A stretch of DNA of 63,999 bases, counting the filler, from Octopus bimaculoides (taxonomy: Eukaryota): the NCBI RefSeq assembly GCF_001194135.2. It is 6 parts of 6 records of this genome, joined end to end, with 100 filler letters (N's around TTAATTAATTAA, not from the genome) between each part and the next. Parts side by side here need not be neighbours in the genome. Positions count along the whole stretch, not along the records: positions 52,560 to 62,779 come from NC_069009.1; positions 62,880 to 63,999 come from NW_026316470.1; 4 more parts are not named here. One strand, written 5' to 3'. Positions 62,368 to 63,999 of this stretch are shown here, piece after piece. Made by a program: the position numbers and the translations under genes. Below the pieces are notes generated by a model. The model saw only the letters and a program-made list of their open reading frames with translations. It ran no database searches and was not told the DNA's origin. The stretch's first letter is position 1, and every line of letters starts with the position of its first letter.

Positions 62368-63402
62368 CGATGATTTTAAATTTTGACACAAGCCCAGCAA
62401 TTCTGGGGAAGGCTTAAGATAATTACATCGACCACTTGAGCATATCCTTTAGTGGCTGACAATGTGCGCATCTCTGTTCATGAGCAGGAGTTGTAGGGAA
62501 ACATCACAGCCATGTGTTGAGAGGGATTCTTTAGGGTTTGAATAAATATTGTAACACAAGCAAAGTCTGAAGGAAGTTTGAAGCTATTTTTCATACTTTC
62601 TGGAGTTAAGCTAAGAGGAAATAACAGTTGCTACCCAAGGACAAAATTATGGTATATAATGTAATGCAGACTCAGATACACTATGCCCGGAGAACAGAAG
62701 GGATAGTCAAACCTGGAATATTCTCATTACAAACCTGCTCATTTAGGGTTGAAGTAAGGCTAAAAAAAAAAAAAAAAAANNNNNNNNNNNNNNNNNNNNN
62801 NNNNNNNNNNNNNNNNNNNNNNNTTAATTAATTAANNNNNNNNNNNNNNNNNNNNNNNNNNNNNNNNNNNNNNNNNNNNTACTTTTGATTTTGTGTCTAA
62901 AATCAGCAACTTTTTTAAGCACCGAAGCCATGCCGAAAATGAAAGAAGCCCGTCGTATATACATCTATCCATCTATCTATCTATCTATCATCTATCTATT
63001 TATTTATGCAAAACGCATTGCTTATTAATTAGGGTGTCGCACCAACTATTGCGAAATCGTGATTTCATTTCCTAGACCGAGTGTCTTGTTGTGCTCTTGA
63101 GCAAATCACCTCATGTCATGTTGCTCTGCACTCATTTCGTCATCTAACATGTGGCACATCGTGCACGTAATGTCGATCTGATGGAGGTGAGAGTGAGTTT
63201 ATGTGTGCACAAACAATACAAGACTATAAGCAAATCATCTGTGTGGTTGTTCAGCAAAAGAATGTAAAACCCTCATACGTCATCAAACGACGGAAGAGTC
63301 CCTGGTATATATGTCCACACACACACACACACACTGACACACACACACACACACACTGACACACACTGACACACACACATGTATGTATGTATATGTATAT
63401 AT

Positions 63403-63999
63403 CAGTGGCGTGCGGTGGCTTCCGGGGTTGCGCATGAATGAATTTCTCCCTCCCCCCGGCAATTTTTCCGTAAAAGAATTTTCGTATTCTTACGATTTGC
63501 ATATGGGAGATTCTGAATATGCAATCACCCCCGTATGACCTAGAATAAGCAGGGAATAAAAAATGGCTCTGTAGAGATGAGCCTGAAATAAGTGTATTGT
63601 TTGTATTTTTCTCTCTCTTTGAAACGTCAGTACTTTCCCGAAAAATCGTAAGTGAAATGTTATAAAGATGAAATTGGATTCTGTTAATATTTTTGTATAT
63701 TCGGAATCTCTGTTAAAGGTAGCAATCCGAAAAAAAATTTTCACAAAATTTCGTTTTTCAAAGGGGTGCGATTCTGCATTAGCCCCTATACCTATTAGTT
63801 CAGCTGAATCAATTTGAAATGATTTAATAAAGAGAACACATTTAGTTACATTATATGGCCATGGTTTTAGATATTTACGCTCTTGAAGACAAGTCAGGTG
63901 CTTTATCATGCTACTTGTCAATTCCGGAAAAATTATTGATACTCAAGCAGACTGTTCTGAGACTTACTGAACTCCGTATATTAAAAGACTACGTCTCAC
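63403..63999. mobile_element. Probable DNA transposon left end (hAT-like terminus)
   Basis: CAGTGGCGTGCG start after a microsatellite; no recognisable coding sequence. Confidence 0.3.

Noticed and set aside
63490-63921. 143-aa minus-strand ORF
   Set aside because: No recognisable domain; lies in a probable transposon end.

Overview
Eukaryotic, AT-rich DNA, dense in microsatellites and SINEs. The repeat landscape suggests a coleoid cephalopod, probably Octopus (inference, no search run). About 10% is N. Five artificial N-TTAATTAATTAA-N joins split the window into six separately assembled pieces, so adjacency across them is unreliable. The only host gene I can support is ubiquitin-activating enzyme E1 (UBA1): nine consecutive internal exons on the minus strand (61986 to 53492, 1146 nt, 382 codons, all GT-AG, frame continuous), with both ends cut off by scaffold joins. 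The rest is transposon material: Merlin (IS1595-like), mariner, hAT/CACTA/Tc MITEs, Helitron ends, R4/Dong-like LINE pieces, Penelope-like elements (PLE: RT and GIY-YIG), putative solo LTRs and several SINE families (labelled A-F here). The strongest unannotated signal is a set of about nine minimal type I hammerhead ribozyme (HHR) motifs. Several sit in short fold-back elements with two outward-facing ribozymes, and one such element is inserted with a 13-bp TSD into a PLE ORF. UBA1 introns also carry dsRNA-forming structures relevant to ADAR editing and back-splicing. Repeat boundaries were read by eye and are approximate unless a TIR or TSD is quoted.
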